Positions 10,369 through 19,316 of a stretch of DNA of 32,000 nucleotides are shown here, in pieces. The DNA is taken from the NCBI RefSeq assembly GCF_042660085.1, contig NZ_JBHSTI010000008.1:1809876-1841875 (forward strand). The letters run 5' to 3'. Source of the stretch: Longivirga aurantiaca. GTDB lineage: Bacteria; Actinomycetota; Actinomycetes; S36-B12; CAIYMF01. Both the position numbers and the translations under genes were made by a program. The notes under the pieces are model-generated. The model was not told the DNA's origin and ran no database searches. It worked only from the letters and a program-made list of their open reading frames with translations. The stretch's first letter is position 1; the number at the start of each line of letters is the position of its first letter.

Positions 10369-11354
10369 GCCGCGGCCCGCTGACGCTCGACCGCACGCAG
10401 CCGCGCCGAGGCTGCGCGCGGGTTCTCCGCGATCTCGGCGGCCGAGGCCTTCTCCGAGGAACGGGTGATCATGCGCAGCTCGGGCTCGTGGCCGGCAGGG
10501 ACGAAGGGCAGGTCGTCCGGCACGTCGCTCCTGGCGCGGGAGACCATGGCGCGCTTGGTGATCCGGTCCTCGAGCGACTGGTACGACATCACCACGAGGC
10601 GCCCCCCGACCGACAGCGCGTCGATCGCGGCGGGGATCGCCCGCTCGAGCACCTCGAGCTCGCCGTTCACCTCGATGCGCAGGGCCTGGAAGGTGCGCTT
10701 GGCCGGGTTGCCGCCCGTGCGGCGTGCGGGCGCGGGGATCGAGTCGCGGATGATCTCGACGAGCCGCGCGCTGGTGGTGAAGGGCTCGCGGGCCCGCTCG
10801 CGGATCACGGAGTCGGCGATGCGCCCGGCGAACTTCTCCTCGCCGTACTCGCGCAGGACCCGCGCGATCTCCTTGCCGCTGTATGTGTTCAGGACGTCGG
10901 CGGCGGTGATCCCGCGCGACTGGTCCATGCGCATGTCGAGCGGGGCGTCCTGCGAGTAGGCGAACCCGCGCTCGGCCTCGTCGAGCTGCATGGACGAGAC
11001 GCCGAGATCGAACAGGATGCCGTCGACGCTCGGGATGCCCGCATCGGCAAGCACCTGCGGCAGCTCGTCGTACACGGCGTGCACGAGGAGCGTGCGGCCC
11101 GAGAACTCCGCGAGACGGCGGCCGGCCAGCTCGAGCGCGGCGGTGTCGCGGTCGAGGCCGACGAGCCGGACCTCGGGGTACCGGGTGAGCAGGGCCTCGC
11201 TGTGGCCGCCGAGACCGAGGGTGGCGTCGACGACGACGGAGCCGGGGCGCTCGATCGCCGGGCCCAGCAGGGCGAGGCAGCGCTCGAGCAGCACCGGGAC
11301 GTGACGGGGGTGGTCGGCGGCGCCCGGGTTCTGCGCGTCGACAGGGGTGCTCAT
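10365..11354 (-). CDS. rsmH: 16S rRNA (cytosine1402-N4)-methyltransferase RsmH/MraW (329 aa)
   Basis: ORF 10365..11354 contains [34 protein letters not shown] and SYQSLEDR. Confidence 0.95.
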   Translation of the reverse strand: MSTPVDAQNPGAADHPRHVPVLLERCLALLGPAIERPGSVVVDATLGLGGHSEALLTRYPEVRLVGLDRDTAALELAGRRLAEFSGRTLLVHAVYDELPQVLADAGIPSVDGILFDLGVSSMQLDEAERGFAYSQDAPLDMRMDQSRGITAADVLNTYSGKEIARVLREYGEEKFAGRIADSVIRERAREPFTTSARLVEIIRDSIPAPARRTGGNPAKRTFQALRIEVNGELEVLERAIPAAIDALSVGGRLVVMSYQSLEDRITKRAMVSRARSDVPDDLPFVPAGHEPELRMITRSSEKASAAEIAENPRAASARLRAVERQRAAA

Positions 11355-11356
11355 GC

Positions 11357-11506
11357 TCAGCCCAGCCGCTCGACGAGGTCGGACAGGGCGACGAGCAGGA
11401 CCGCGGAGAGCACGCAGGCGCCGCCGAAGGCGGCGACCGGGACCACCGCGCCGCGGAGTGCGCGGGCGCGAGCGCCACGGTGCTGCCGCTGCAGGGTGAG
11501 GTCCAT
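11357..11506 (-). CDS. Candidate 49-aa single-pass membrane micro-protein between mraZ and rsmH
   Basis: The ATG at 11506 is preceded by GGAGG (11516-11520, 9-nt spacer). The product is [49 protein letters not shown], a basic N-terminus followed by a hydrophobic helix. I counted 46 of 49 codons ending in G/C, as in the real genes here. Its TGA lies 2 nt before the rsmH ATG. I recognise no family. Confidence 0.4.
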   Translation of the reverse strand: MDLTLQRQHRGARARALRGAVVPVAAFGGACVLSAVLLVALSDLVERLG

Positions 11507-11672
11507 CTGTCGTCGCCTCCTCGCCCTCTCGGGCGCTCGCGGTGGGGGCCGGTCGTGCGGTGCGGTTCTGCTCTGGTGAGGCCGTGCTGCGGTGCCGCTG
11601 TGCTCGCGGATCTGCGGGGGCTTCGTGCCTTCGTGGTTCCAGGTCCCCGTCCGTCGTCCGGGGTGGGGTCCG

Positions 11673-11698
11673 CCTGGCACCGGGGAAGGTGCGCCAGG
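11673..11698 (-). other. Stem-loop in the mraZ-rsmH spacer (CCTGGCACC / GGTGCgCCAGG)
   Basis: The inverted repeat 11673-11681 / 11688-11698 has one bulged base. It lies about 40 nt downstream of the mraZ stop, inside a 232-nt non-coding spacer. Confidence 0.3.
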
Positions 11699-11738
11699 TG
11701 GCCGGGCGACGGATCGGAGGCCTGATGCCACGACGGGG

Positions 11739-12167
11739 TCAGCCGGAGGGCACCACCGCCGAGTCCATCTCGGCGAACGAGGCGTCCGCCTCGGCGCTGT
11801 AGGACTCCCACGCGGCGGGGTCCCAGATCTCGATGAACTCGTTCTGGCCGATGACGACGCACTCGCGGGTGAGGCCGGCGTACTCCCGGAGGGAGGACGG
11901 GATCGTGATGCGGCCCTGCTTGTCCGGGGTGTCGTCGTAGGCGCTGGCGAACAGCACGCGGGTGTAGCGGCGGATGTCCGCGACCGTGTGCTTGCCCTGG
12001 GCGAGCTCCTCGGCGTACTTCGCGAAGCCGACCTTGGTCCAGACCACGACGCAGCGGTCCTGGCCCTTGCTCATGACGAGGCCGTCGGCGAGGAAGTCGC
12101 GGTAGCGCGCGGGAAGGATCACGCGGTTCTTGTCGTCCAGGCGGGGCGAGTGGGTCCCGAGGAACAC
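11739..12167 (-). CDS. mraZ: Transcriptional regulator MraZ (142 aa)
   Basis: This is the C-terminal part of ORF 11739..12251. I chose the GTG at 12167 because it gives the canonical (M)FLGTH N-terminus and lies 8 nt downstream of GGAGG (12177-12181). Two SpoVT/AbrB-like halves carry LDDKNRVILP and PDKQGRITIP. Confidence 0.92.
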   Translation of the reverse strand: MFLGTHSPRLDDKNRVILPARYRDFLADGLVMSKGQDRCVVVWTKVGFAKYAEELAQGKHTVADIRRYTRVLFASAYDDTPDKQGRITIPSSLREYAGLTRECVVIGQNEFIEIWDPAAWESYSAEADASFAEMDSAVVPSG

Positions 12168-12219
12168 CGTCACCACCTCCTGCCGCTCCCCCGAGCCCGC
12201 TGCTCTGGGTGTGCGCGCC

Positions 12220-12251
12220 AACATACTCCACTTCACTCCACCGTCAACCAC
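12220..12251 (-). promoter_or_regulatory. Pmra promoter (-35 TTGACG, 16-nt spacer, -10 TATGTT) overlapped by three GTGG(T/A) direct repeats at 10-bp spacing (putative MraZ operators)
   Basis: The minus strand reads GTGGTTGACGGTGGAGTGAAGTGGAGTATGTT. The repeats are at 12247-12251, 12237-12241 and 12227-12231. The -35 is at 12242-12247 and the -10 at 12220-12225. The site lies about 45-50 nt upstream of the mraZ GTG. Confidence 0.55.
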
Positions 12252-12512
12252 ATCAGGTCGTCCGAACGGCTCATGTCGCGCAATTCCTGCTCACGCCCGT
12301 TCATCGCCGCAGGTCAGAGCGGTGGTGGGAAATGGAGGAGAAAGGTCGGAAACGGGCTGGAAACGCCGGCATGAGTGGGGACCGGGCGCGTGGCGCCCGC
12401 GGGCGCGCAGGGCATCGCCGCAGGTCAGGGGCCTGACGAGCATCGTCAGCCGACGGGCAGGGCCCGGAGTGGAGCGATGTGGGGGCTCCCGGGAGCGCTC
12501 CGGGGAGGCTGA

Positions 12513-13064
12513 CTAGAGGTCGGAGCGGGAGCCGACGTCGGTGACGCGGAACTGCTTGCGCACGGGCCAGTCGTGGATCACCGAGGTGCGCAGCAGGACG
12601 TCCTGCACCGATCGGTTCTCCCGGCTCACCACGCACCAGAAGAGTGCGACGGGCACCAGCGTGCACAGCGAGGCGCGCAGGAACGCGAGCGGCCAGGACA
12701 GCTTGGCACCCTTGCGCCCGACGACCCGGAGGCCGAGGATCCGCGACCCGATGCTGCGACCGGCCGTGGCCCAGCCCGCCGTGAGGTACAGGACCATGTA
12801 GCAGTAGCCGAGCACCACGAAGTAGAAGAAGGGCCAGACCGGCACCTCGAAGGTGCGCGGGTCGATGAGGAACTTCAGGACTGCGATCGCGAGCCAGGTG
12901 CCGAGGGTCAGCGAGGCCATGATCGCGTAGTCGATCGCACCGGCGAGGGTGCGCGTGACGACGCCTGCCCGCAGACCCTGGAACGCGCGCGCCTCGGGAC
13001 GGATGGGGTCGAGCAGGTGCTGCGGGCGGTCGTCGTCCTGGGGCACCGCGGTTGCGTCAGTCAT
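12513..13064 (-). CDS. RDD-family integral membrane protein (183 aa)
   Basis: ORF 12513..13064 has 3-4 hydrophobic helices with an RDD-type arrangement (AGVVTRTLAGAIDYAI ... GRSIGSRILGLRVV ... QDVLLRTSV). The ATG at 13064 overlaps the upstream gene's stop by 8 nt (ATGACTGA). Confidence 0.75.
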   Translation of the reverse strand: MTDATAVPQDDDRPQHLLDPIRPEARAFQGLRAGVVTRTLAGAIDYAIMASLTLGTWLAIAVLKFLIDPRTFEVPVWPFFYFVVLGYCYMVLYLTAGWATAGRSIGSRILGLRVVGRKGAKLSWPLAFLRASLCTLVPVALFWCVVSRENRSVQDVLLRTSVIHDWPVRKQFRVTDVGSRSDL

Positions 13065-13839
13065 CGGACCCCCGCCTCGACTGCGGCTCCCCGGGGGCGT
13101 CGGTATGACGCGCCTTGCGGCGCAGCAGGATCCGGTCGACCCACCGGTTCACCAGCTCGTCGCCGGACACGGCCGACAGGCGCGCGGAGTCGACGACGAC
13201 CGTGGCGACGCCGGAGGTCGAGCCGCGGATGATCTCGGGCAGGTCGACGTCGTCGATGACCTCCTCGGCGAGGCCCGCGACGTCCACCTGCGTGCGGATG
13301 AGGGTGTTGAGGTCGACGCCCTCGACGGCGGAGTTGACGACGGTCGCGAGGTCGACCCGCTCGAGCACGAGCTCGGTGAGGTCGAGCCGGTCGAGCACCT
13401 CGGTCACGATGCGCTCGAGGTCGACGCGCGAAAGCACCAGCTGGGTGAGGTCGATGCGGTCGAGCACCCGGGTGAGCACCTCGGGCACGACGTAGTCGAG
13501 GGTGTCGTCGGAGATGACCGTGAGGTCCTCCCCCGCGGCGAAGCGCACCGCCCGTCCGCGCTCGGCGAGCCGGTCGACGACGTAGCCGGCCGTGAACCTC
13601 TCGGGGACCAGGGGCGGACGCGAGACCAGCCCCCACACGCTGCGCGCCACGGGGGCCAACGACTGCGCGACGGCCGAGGTCACCGCCACGGCCGGTCGGG
13701 TGACGATGACCGCGGCGCCCACGGCGATGTCGAGCGGCGCCTCGACCGCGGCGGGCAGGCGGGGCGCGCGCTGACGGACCACGGGCAGGGCGCGGGGCTG
13801 CTCGTCGCCAGGGCGGGGTGCCCCCGTCTCGTCGGTCAC
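13057..13839 (-). CDS. Hypothetical protein with about 8 tandem [VL]DLxx[LIV][VIL] repeats (260 aa)
   Basis: ORF 13057..13839 starts with GTG at 13839. The central region is RIDLTQLVLSRVDLERIVTEVLDRLDLTELVLERVDLATVVNSAVEGVDLNTLIRTQVDVAGLAEEVIDDVDLPEII. DNA-level near-duplicate 25-mers lie at 13375-13399 and 13444-13468. The gene is translationally coupled to the RDD gene. I recognise no family. Confidence 0.6.
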   Translation of the reverse strand: MTDETGAPRPGDEQPRALPVVRQRAPRLPAAVEAPLDIAVGAAVIVTRPAVAVTSAVAQSLAPVARSVWGLVSRPPLVPERFTAGYVVDRLAERGRAVRFAAGEDLTVISDDTLDYVVPEVLTRVLDRIDLTQLVLSRVDLERIVTEVLDRLDLTELVLERVDLATVVNSAVEGVDLNTLIRTQVDVAGLAEEVIDDVDLPEIIRGSTSGVATVVVDSARLSAVSGDELVNRWVDRILLRRKARHTDAPGEPQSRRGSDD

Positions 13840-13885
13840 CGGGTCAGTGTGACGCAGAGCCGTCGCCCGTGGCCGAGCGATCCTC

Positions 13886-14338
13886 CTACCGGTGGAGGTT
13901 CTCGACGGTGCGCAGGCGCGAGCAGAGGACGCGGAGCATCGGCACCGCGACCTCCGGGTGCTTGTCGAGGAGGTCCTCGAACGTCCACCGAGACAGCGCG
14001 AAGGTCGTGAGGCCGCCGGCGTCGGCGATGATGTCGGCCGACCGCGGACGTCCGTCGATCAGCGAGAGCTCGCCGAAGTAGTCGCCCTCGGTGAGCCGGT
14101 TGACCTGCTCGCCGTTGACCAGCACCCGCGCGGCGCCGTCGAGCACGACGTGCATCTCGACGCCGGCCGGCGAGAATGCCTTGAAGCCCGTGACGCTGTC
14201 GCCCTGCACGATCACCGTCGTGCCCTCGACGTACTCCGCCGTGTTTCCGGCGTCGGCGATGTGGCTCAGCACCCGGTGCGACAGACCGCGGAAGAGGTCG
14301 ACCTCGCCGAGCGTGGCGGTGAGTTCCCTGTTACCCAT
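13886..14338 (-). CDS. Stand-alone cyclic-nucleotide-binding domain protein (150 aa)
   Basis: ORF 13886..14338 contains LFRGLS and GDYFGELSLIDGRPRSADIIA (the cNMP phosphate-binding cassette). No DNA-binding HTH follows. Confidence 0.85.
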   Translation of the reverse strand: MGNRELTATLGEVDLFRGLSHRVLSHIADAGNTAEYVEGTTVIVQGDSVTGFKAFSPAGVEMHVVLDGAARVLVNGEQVNRLTEGDYFGELSLIDGRPRSADIIADAGGLTTFALSRWTFEDLLDKHPEVAVPMLRVLCSRLRTVENLHR

Positions 14339-14344
14339 GGCCGG

Positions 14345-14350
14345 AGGCTA
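14345..14350 (-). promoter_or_regulatory. -10 hexamer TAGCCT placed 6 nt upstream of the ATG of the cNMP-binding gene (predicted leaderless mRNA)
   Basis: The minus strand reads CCTAGCCT-ccggcc-ATG. This is the TAnnnT class of actinobacterial -10 element. There is no SD. Confidence 0.4.
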
Positions 14351-14445
14351 GGCCAGCGGCGGGCGCTGTGCGAGCCGATCGCGAGGACTCGTCCGCCGTG
14401 GCTCCGTGCACCGCGCGTCGGCACGGCGTACGGCGGGCGCGTCCC

Positions 14446-14451
14446 TAGCCT
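14446..14451 (+). promoter_or_regulatory. -10 hexamer TAGCCT placed 6 nt upstream of the ATG of the HNH-like gene (predicted leaderless mRNA)
   Basis: The plus strand reads CCCTAGCCT-gggccc-ATG. It has the same hexamer and the same spacing as the divergent partner promoter. Confidence 0.4.
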
Positions 14452-14457
14452 GGGCCC

Positions 14458-14823
14458 ATGGCCGTCGCCCGCACCCGCAAGGCCCGCGCGTCGCGCAAGC
14501 GCGCGCGACGGATGAGCGCGGTGGAGCACGACCTCTCGGTCGAGCAGTGGACGGCGCTGCAGGAGGCCTGGGGCGGCTGCGCGTACTGCGGCGCGACCGG
14601 CGTGCCCCTGCAGAAGGACTGCGTGCAGGCGCTCTCGCGCGGCGGGCGCTACACCCTCGACAACATCGCGCCGGCCTGCCGGTCGTGCAACGCGAGCAAG
14701 TGCAACGACGAGGTCACCGGCTGGATGCGCCGCAAGCGCCTCGACGAGCGCACGTTCCTGCTGCGCCACGTCGAGATCCGCACGGCGCTCCTCGACCGCT
14801 TCGCCGACGAGCCCGCGTCCTAG
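14458..14823 (+). CDS. Small HNH-endonuclease-like protein (121 aa)
   Basis: ORF 14458..14823 has an Arg/Lys-rich N-terminus. It then reads CAYCG...KDCVQALSRGGRYTLDNIAPACRSCNASK, i.e. zinc-finger-like CxxC pairs flanking an HNH-type core. Confidence 0.7.
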   Translation: MAVARTRKARASRKRARRMSAVEHDLSVEQWTALQEAWGGCAYCGATGVPLQKDCVQALSRGGRYTLDNIAPACRSCNASKCNDEVTGWMRRKRLDERTFLLRHVEIRTALLDRFADEPAS

Positions 14824-14827
14824 CCGG

Positions 14828-15355
14828 TCAGGCGGGGGTGAGGGGCCCGGTCTTGGCCTCGGGGAAGTAGTCCTGCCCGATGCCGGTCTCGCGCTTGGGG
14901 ACCATGACCGAACGGGTCCACGACACGATCACGTCGCCGTCCTGGTTGAGGCCGCGCGTGATCATCGTGACGATGCCGAACCCCGGGCGCGAGGAGCTCT
15001 CGCGCAGGTCGGTGCAGATGCTCTCGGCGTAGATCGTGTCGCCGATGTAGACGGGGTGCGTGAGCTTGATGGCGTCCCACCCGAGGTTGGCCACGGCGTT
15101 CTGGCTCATGTCGATCACCGAGAGGCCGAGCACGAGCGCGACCGTGAGCCCGGAGTTCACGATGATGCGGCCGCCGGTGATCGGGTTCGACTGCGCCAGG
15201 TGGGCGTTGAAGTGGTTCTGGTTGGTGTTGCAGGTGAGCTGGGTGAACCACGTGGAGTCGGCCTCGGAGATCGTGCGGCCGAAGGGGTGCTGGTAGACGT
15301 CGCCCACGACGAAGTCGTCGAAGAACCGGCCGAGCTCGGCCTTGTGCACGGTCAT
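14828..15355 (-). CDS. MaoC-like (R)-hydratase / hotdog-fold dehydratase (175 aa)
   Basis: The ATG at 15355 (MTVHKAELGRFFDDFVVGDVY) is preceded by GGGAGGA. The product also contains NQNHFNAHLA, GGRIIVNSGLT and YIGDTIYAESIC. The upstream part of ORF 14828..15574 was rejected. Confidence 0.85.
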   Translation of the reverse strand: MTVHKAELGRFFDDFVVGDVYQHPFGRTISEADSTWFTQLTCNTNQNHFNAHLAQSNPITGGRIIVNSGLTVALVLGLSVIDMSQNAVANLGWDAIKLTHPVYIGDTIYAESICTDLRESSSRPGFGIVTMITRGLNQDGDVIVSWTRSVMVPKRETGIGQDYFPEAKTGPLTPA

Positions 15356-15443
15356 GGGGAGTCCTCCCGGTCGCGGTCCACGGCGCCACGATGCGCCGAC
15401 TGCTCGACTGTACGAAGCCGGTGTACCGCGACGCAGCGCAGGT

Positions 15444-16487
15444 CTACCAGCGCTGGAGCGGCGCCACCTCGGGGTGGTCGGCGCGCAGGGGCGGCATGCC
15501 GTACAGGCCGGGGGGCAGCGCACCCGTGTGCAGCGACAGTGCCGAGAGCATCGACGAGGTGTCGGCGTACGCATCGGCCGCGAGCTGCTCGGTGAAGCGG
15601 AAGTCGAGCATCGACGACGCGATCTGCTCGGGCGCGGGCAGGTAGACGAGCGGGATCTCCTCGGCCACCTGCAGGTCGCGGACCACCTGTTGACGGGAGG
15701 CGATCTGCACAGCCTGGATGACGACGGCGATGAGGCTCTCGGCCCAGCGACCCTCCATGCCGAAGCGCCCGCAGTCCAGCACCACCACCGACTTCGCGCC
15801 GCGCGAGTAGGCCACCTCGATGGGCACGTTCGACACGAGTGCCCCGTCGACCAGCCGCCGGCCGTCCCGCTCGACCCACGGGAAGACGCCGGGGATGGCC
15901 GACGACGCGAGCAGCGCGCTGCGGACGTCGCCGGAGTCCATCTCCACGCGCTCGCCGGTGTCGAGGTCGGTCGCGACCGCGACGTACGGCATCGGCAGGT
16001 CCTCGATGCGGCTCACCGGGACGTGCGCCGCGAGCAGCTCGGTCAACGGCCCGGGGTTGAAGAGGTACGGGCGGTTGGCACCGGCCGAGATGGCCTGGGT
16101 GAACATGTTGCCGGGGAAGACGTCGCGGCGCTCGATCTGCGGCCAGAGGTCGGCGAGCACCTGCGGGCCGTGGTCGGGGTCGGCCGCGATCATGATGCCG
16201 TTGAGCGAGCCGACGCTCGTGCCGACGACGAGGTCGGGCCGCAGGTCGGTCTCGTGCAGGGCACGGATCATGCCCATCTGCACCGCGCCGTACGCGCCTC
16301 CCCCGCCGAACACGTAGGCGAGCGGACGGGGCAGGAGCCGGGCGAGGGCCAGCGGCATCGCCACCGACGGCGCCAGCGGGGCGGGCGGCTCGTCGACGTG
16401 CTCGGGCAGGCCACCGGCGACCGCGGAGGCGCGCTGCTGCGCGCGGAGCTCGGACCGGCTCGTGTGCTCGTCGTTCGTGCCCGGCAT
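15444..16487 (-). CDS. Patatin-like phospholipase family protein (347 aa)
   Basis: ORF 15444..16487 contains FGGGGAYGAVQ (oxyanion Gly-rich loop), VGTSVGS (GxSxG) and LVDGAL (catalytic DGA). The ATG is preceded by GGAGGAGG. Confidence 0.88.
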   Translation of the reverse strand: MPGTNDEHTSRSELRAQQRASAVAGGLPEHVDEPPAPLAPSVAMPLALARLLPRPLAYVFGGGGAYGAVQMGMIRALHETDLRPDLVVGTSVGSLNGIMIAADPDHGPQVLADLWPQIERRDVFPGNMFTQAISAGANRPYLFNPGPLTELLAAHVPVSRIEDLPMPYVAVATDLDTGERVEMDSGDVRSALLASSAIPGVFPWVERDGRRLVDGALVSNVPIEVAYSRGAKSVVVLDCGRFGMEGRWAESLIAVVIQAVQIASRQQVVRDLQVAEEIPLVYLPAPEQIASSMLDFRFTEQLAADAYADTSSMLSALSLHTGALPPGLYGMPPLRADHPEVAPLQRW

Positions 16488-16499
16488 GGTCCGGCCTCC

Positions 16500-16525
16500 T
16501 CCGACGGCGGTGCGACGCCGTCGGA
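16500..16525. repeat. Inverted repeat tCCGACGGCG-gtgcga-CGCCGTCGGa in the patatin / ABC divergent intergenic region
   Basis: It has 10-bp perfect arms and a 6-nt loop. It sits immediately upstream of the patatin SD on the minus strand and about 45 nt upstream of the fetA-like -10 element. Confidence 0.5.
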
Positions 16526-16569
16526 TCGATCCTCGCAGCCGAGCGGGGGCCAGGCCACCGAAGCGGCCC

Positions 16570-16575
16570 TAGGGT
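16570..16575 (+). promoter_or_regulatory. -10 hexamer TAGGGT placed 6 nt upstream of the GTG of the ABC ATPase gene (predicted leaderless mRNA)
   Basis: The plus strand reads CCCTAGGGT-gacgac-GTG. There is no SD. Confidence 0.35.
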
Positions 16576-16581
16576 GACGAC

Positions 16582-17369
<788 letters not shown>

Positions 17370-17373
<4 letters not shown>

Positions 17374-18137
17374 CCACGATCCCGAGCTGGAGCGCGGTCG
17401 CGGTCTCCGGCCTGCTCGTCCTCGTCGCGGTCGGCATCGCCTCCTGGCAGCGCCTCGGCATCAGCCGGGACGTCGTCGTCGCGGCCGTGCGTGCGCTCGT
17501 CCAGCTGGTCGCCGTCGGCGCGGTGCTCGCGTGGCTCTTCCTGCACGCCGGGCTCCTGGGGGCGCTGGCCTGGATCGCGGCCATGACCGTGATCGCGGCG
17601 TTCGAGTCGCGGCGGCGCGGCGCCGGCCTCCCCCGGGCTCTGCTCGCGGCCTGGCTCGGCATCGCGATCGGCACCCTCGGCACGCTGGGCGTGCTCGTGG
17701 TGGGCGGCGTCGTGTCGACCGAGCCGCAGGTGCTCATCCCGATCGGCGGCATGGTCGTGAGCGGCGCGATGCAGGCGTCGTCCCTGACCCTCGCCTCGCT
17801 TCGGCGGTCGGCCGCCGACCGGCGCCCCGCCGTCGAGACCGCCCTCAGCCTGGGGCTCGGACCTCGCGAGGCGTTCGCGGGCGAGCTGCGCACCGCCGTG
17901 CGCACGGCGCTCGTGCCCTCGGTCGACTCGACCAAGGTGGTGGGCCTCATCGCCCTCCCGGGCACGATGACGGGCCTCATCATCGCGGGCGTCGAGCCGC
18001 TCGAGGCGATCCGCTACCAGATCATCGTCATGTACATGCTGCTCGCGGCGTGGGCGGTGGCCTCGCTCGTGACCGCTCGGGCCGCCGAGCGGTGGATGTT
18101 CGACGACGCCGAGCGCCTCGTCCGCGTGTCAACCTGA
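17370..18137 (+). CDS. fetB: ABC transporter permease, FetB/YbbM (UPF0014) family (255 aa)
   Basis: ORF 17370..18137 is a polytopic protein containing IPIGGMVVSGAMQ, VDSTKVVGLIALPGTMTGLIIAG and AIRYQIIVMYML. Confidence 0.75.
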
Positions 18138-18167
18138 GCCGTTCCCGGACGTCCTCTCCGTGAAGGG

Positions 18168-18200
18168 GCGCGCGGGGAACTCCGCCACTCCCCCGCGCGT
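18168..18200 (+). terminator. GC-rich stem-loop downstream of the fetB-like gene (candidate intrinsic terminator, no U-tract)
   Basis: GCGCGCGGGG (18168-18177) pairs with CCCCGCGCGT (18191-18200). The stem is 9 bp plus one G-U pair, with a 13-nt loop. It starts 31 nt after the stop codon. Confidence 0.35.
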
Positions 18201-18316
18201 CGGAGCGGTCCGGGGCAGTCTCTCGTGCGGGGACCGTGCGCGCAGGGCCGTTGCGGGTGACAATCGGATCCGGCGGGGGTCTCCCCCTGCGGACGAGGAC
18301 GACACGAGGAGACCGC

Positions 18317-19303
<987 letters not shown>

Positions 19304-19316
19304 CGGAGGTCTGCCC

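Noticed and set aside
12486-12506. Overlapping short palindromes (CTCCCGGGAG, GGAGCGCTCC) just downstream of the RDD gene stop, considered as a terminator.
   Set aside because: The stems are only 4-5 bp with essentially no loop and no U-tract, which is too weak to call.
12252-12512. Plus-strand ORFs 12130..12516 and 12209..12436, and minus-strand ORF 12301..12666, in the region upstream of mraZ.
   Set aside because: They have no SD or promoter logic and their composition is junk-like. The region is better explained as the Pmra control region (operators, phased A-tracts) plus the 3' end of the RDD gene.
14458-14823. I considered whether the HNH gene marks a mobile element, group I/II intron or prophage remnant.
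   Set aside because: There are no flanking inverted or direct repeats, no integrase or transposase, and no compositional shift visible by eye. It is a small free-standing gene with its own leaderless promoter.
13886-16487. I considered whether the cNMP-binding protein, HNH-like nuclease and patatin-like phospholipase form a CBASS-like or other cyclic-nucleotide defence system.
   Set aside because: There is no nucleotide cyclase (CD-NTase) or other signal generator in the window. The genes are on different strands with separate promoters and are interrupted by a metabolic MaoC gene. The cNMP domain is not fused to an effector.
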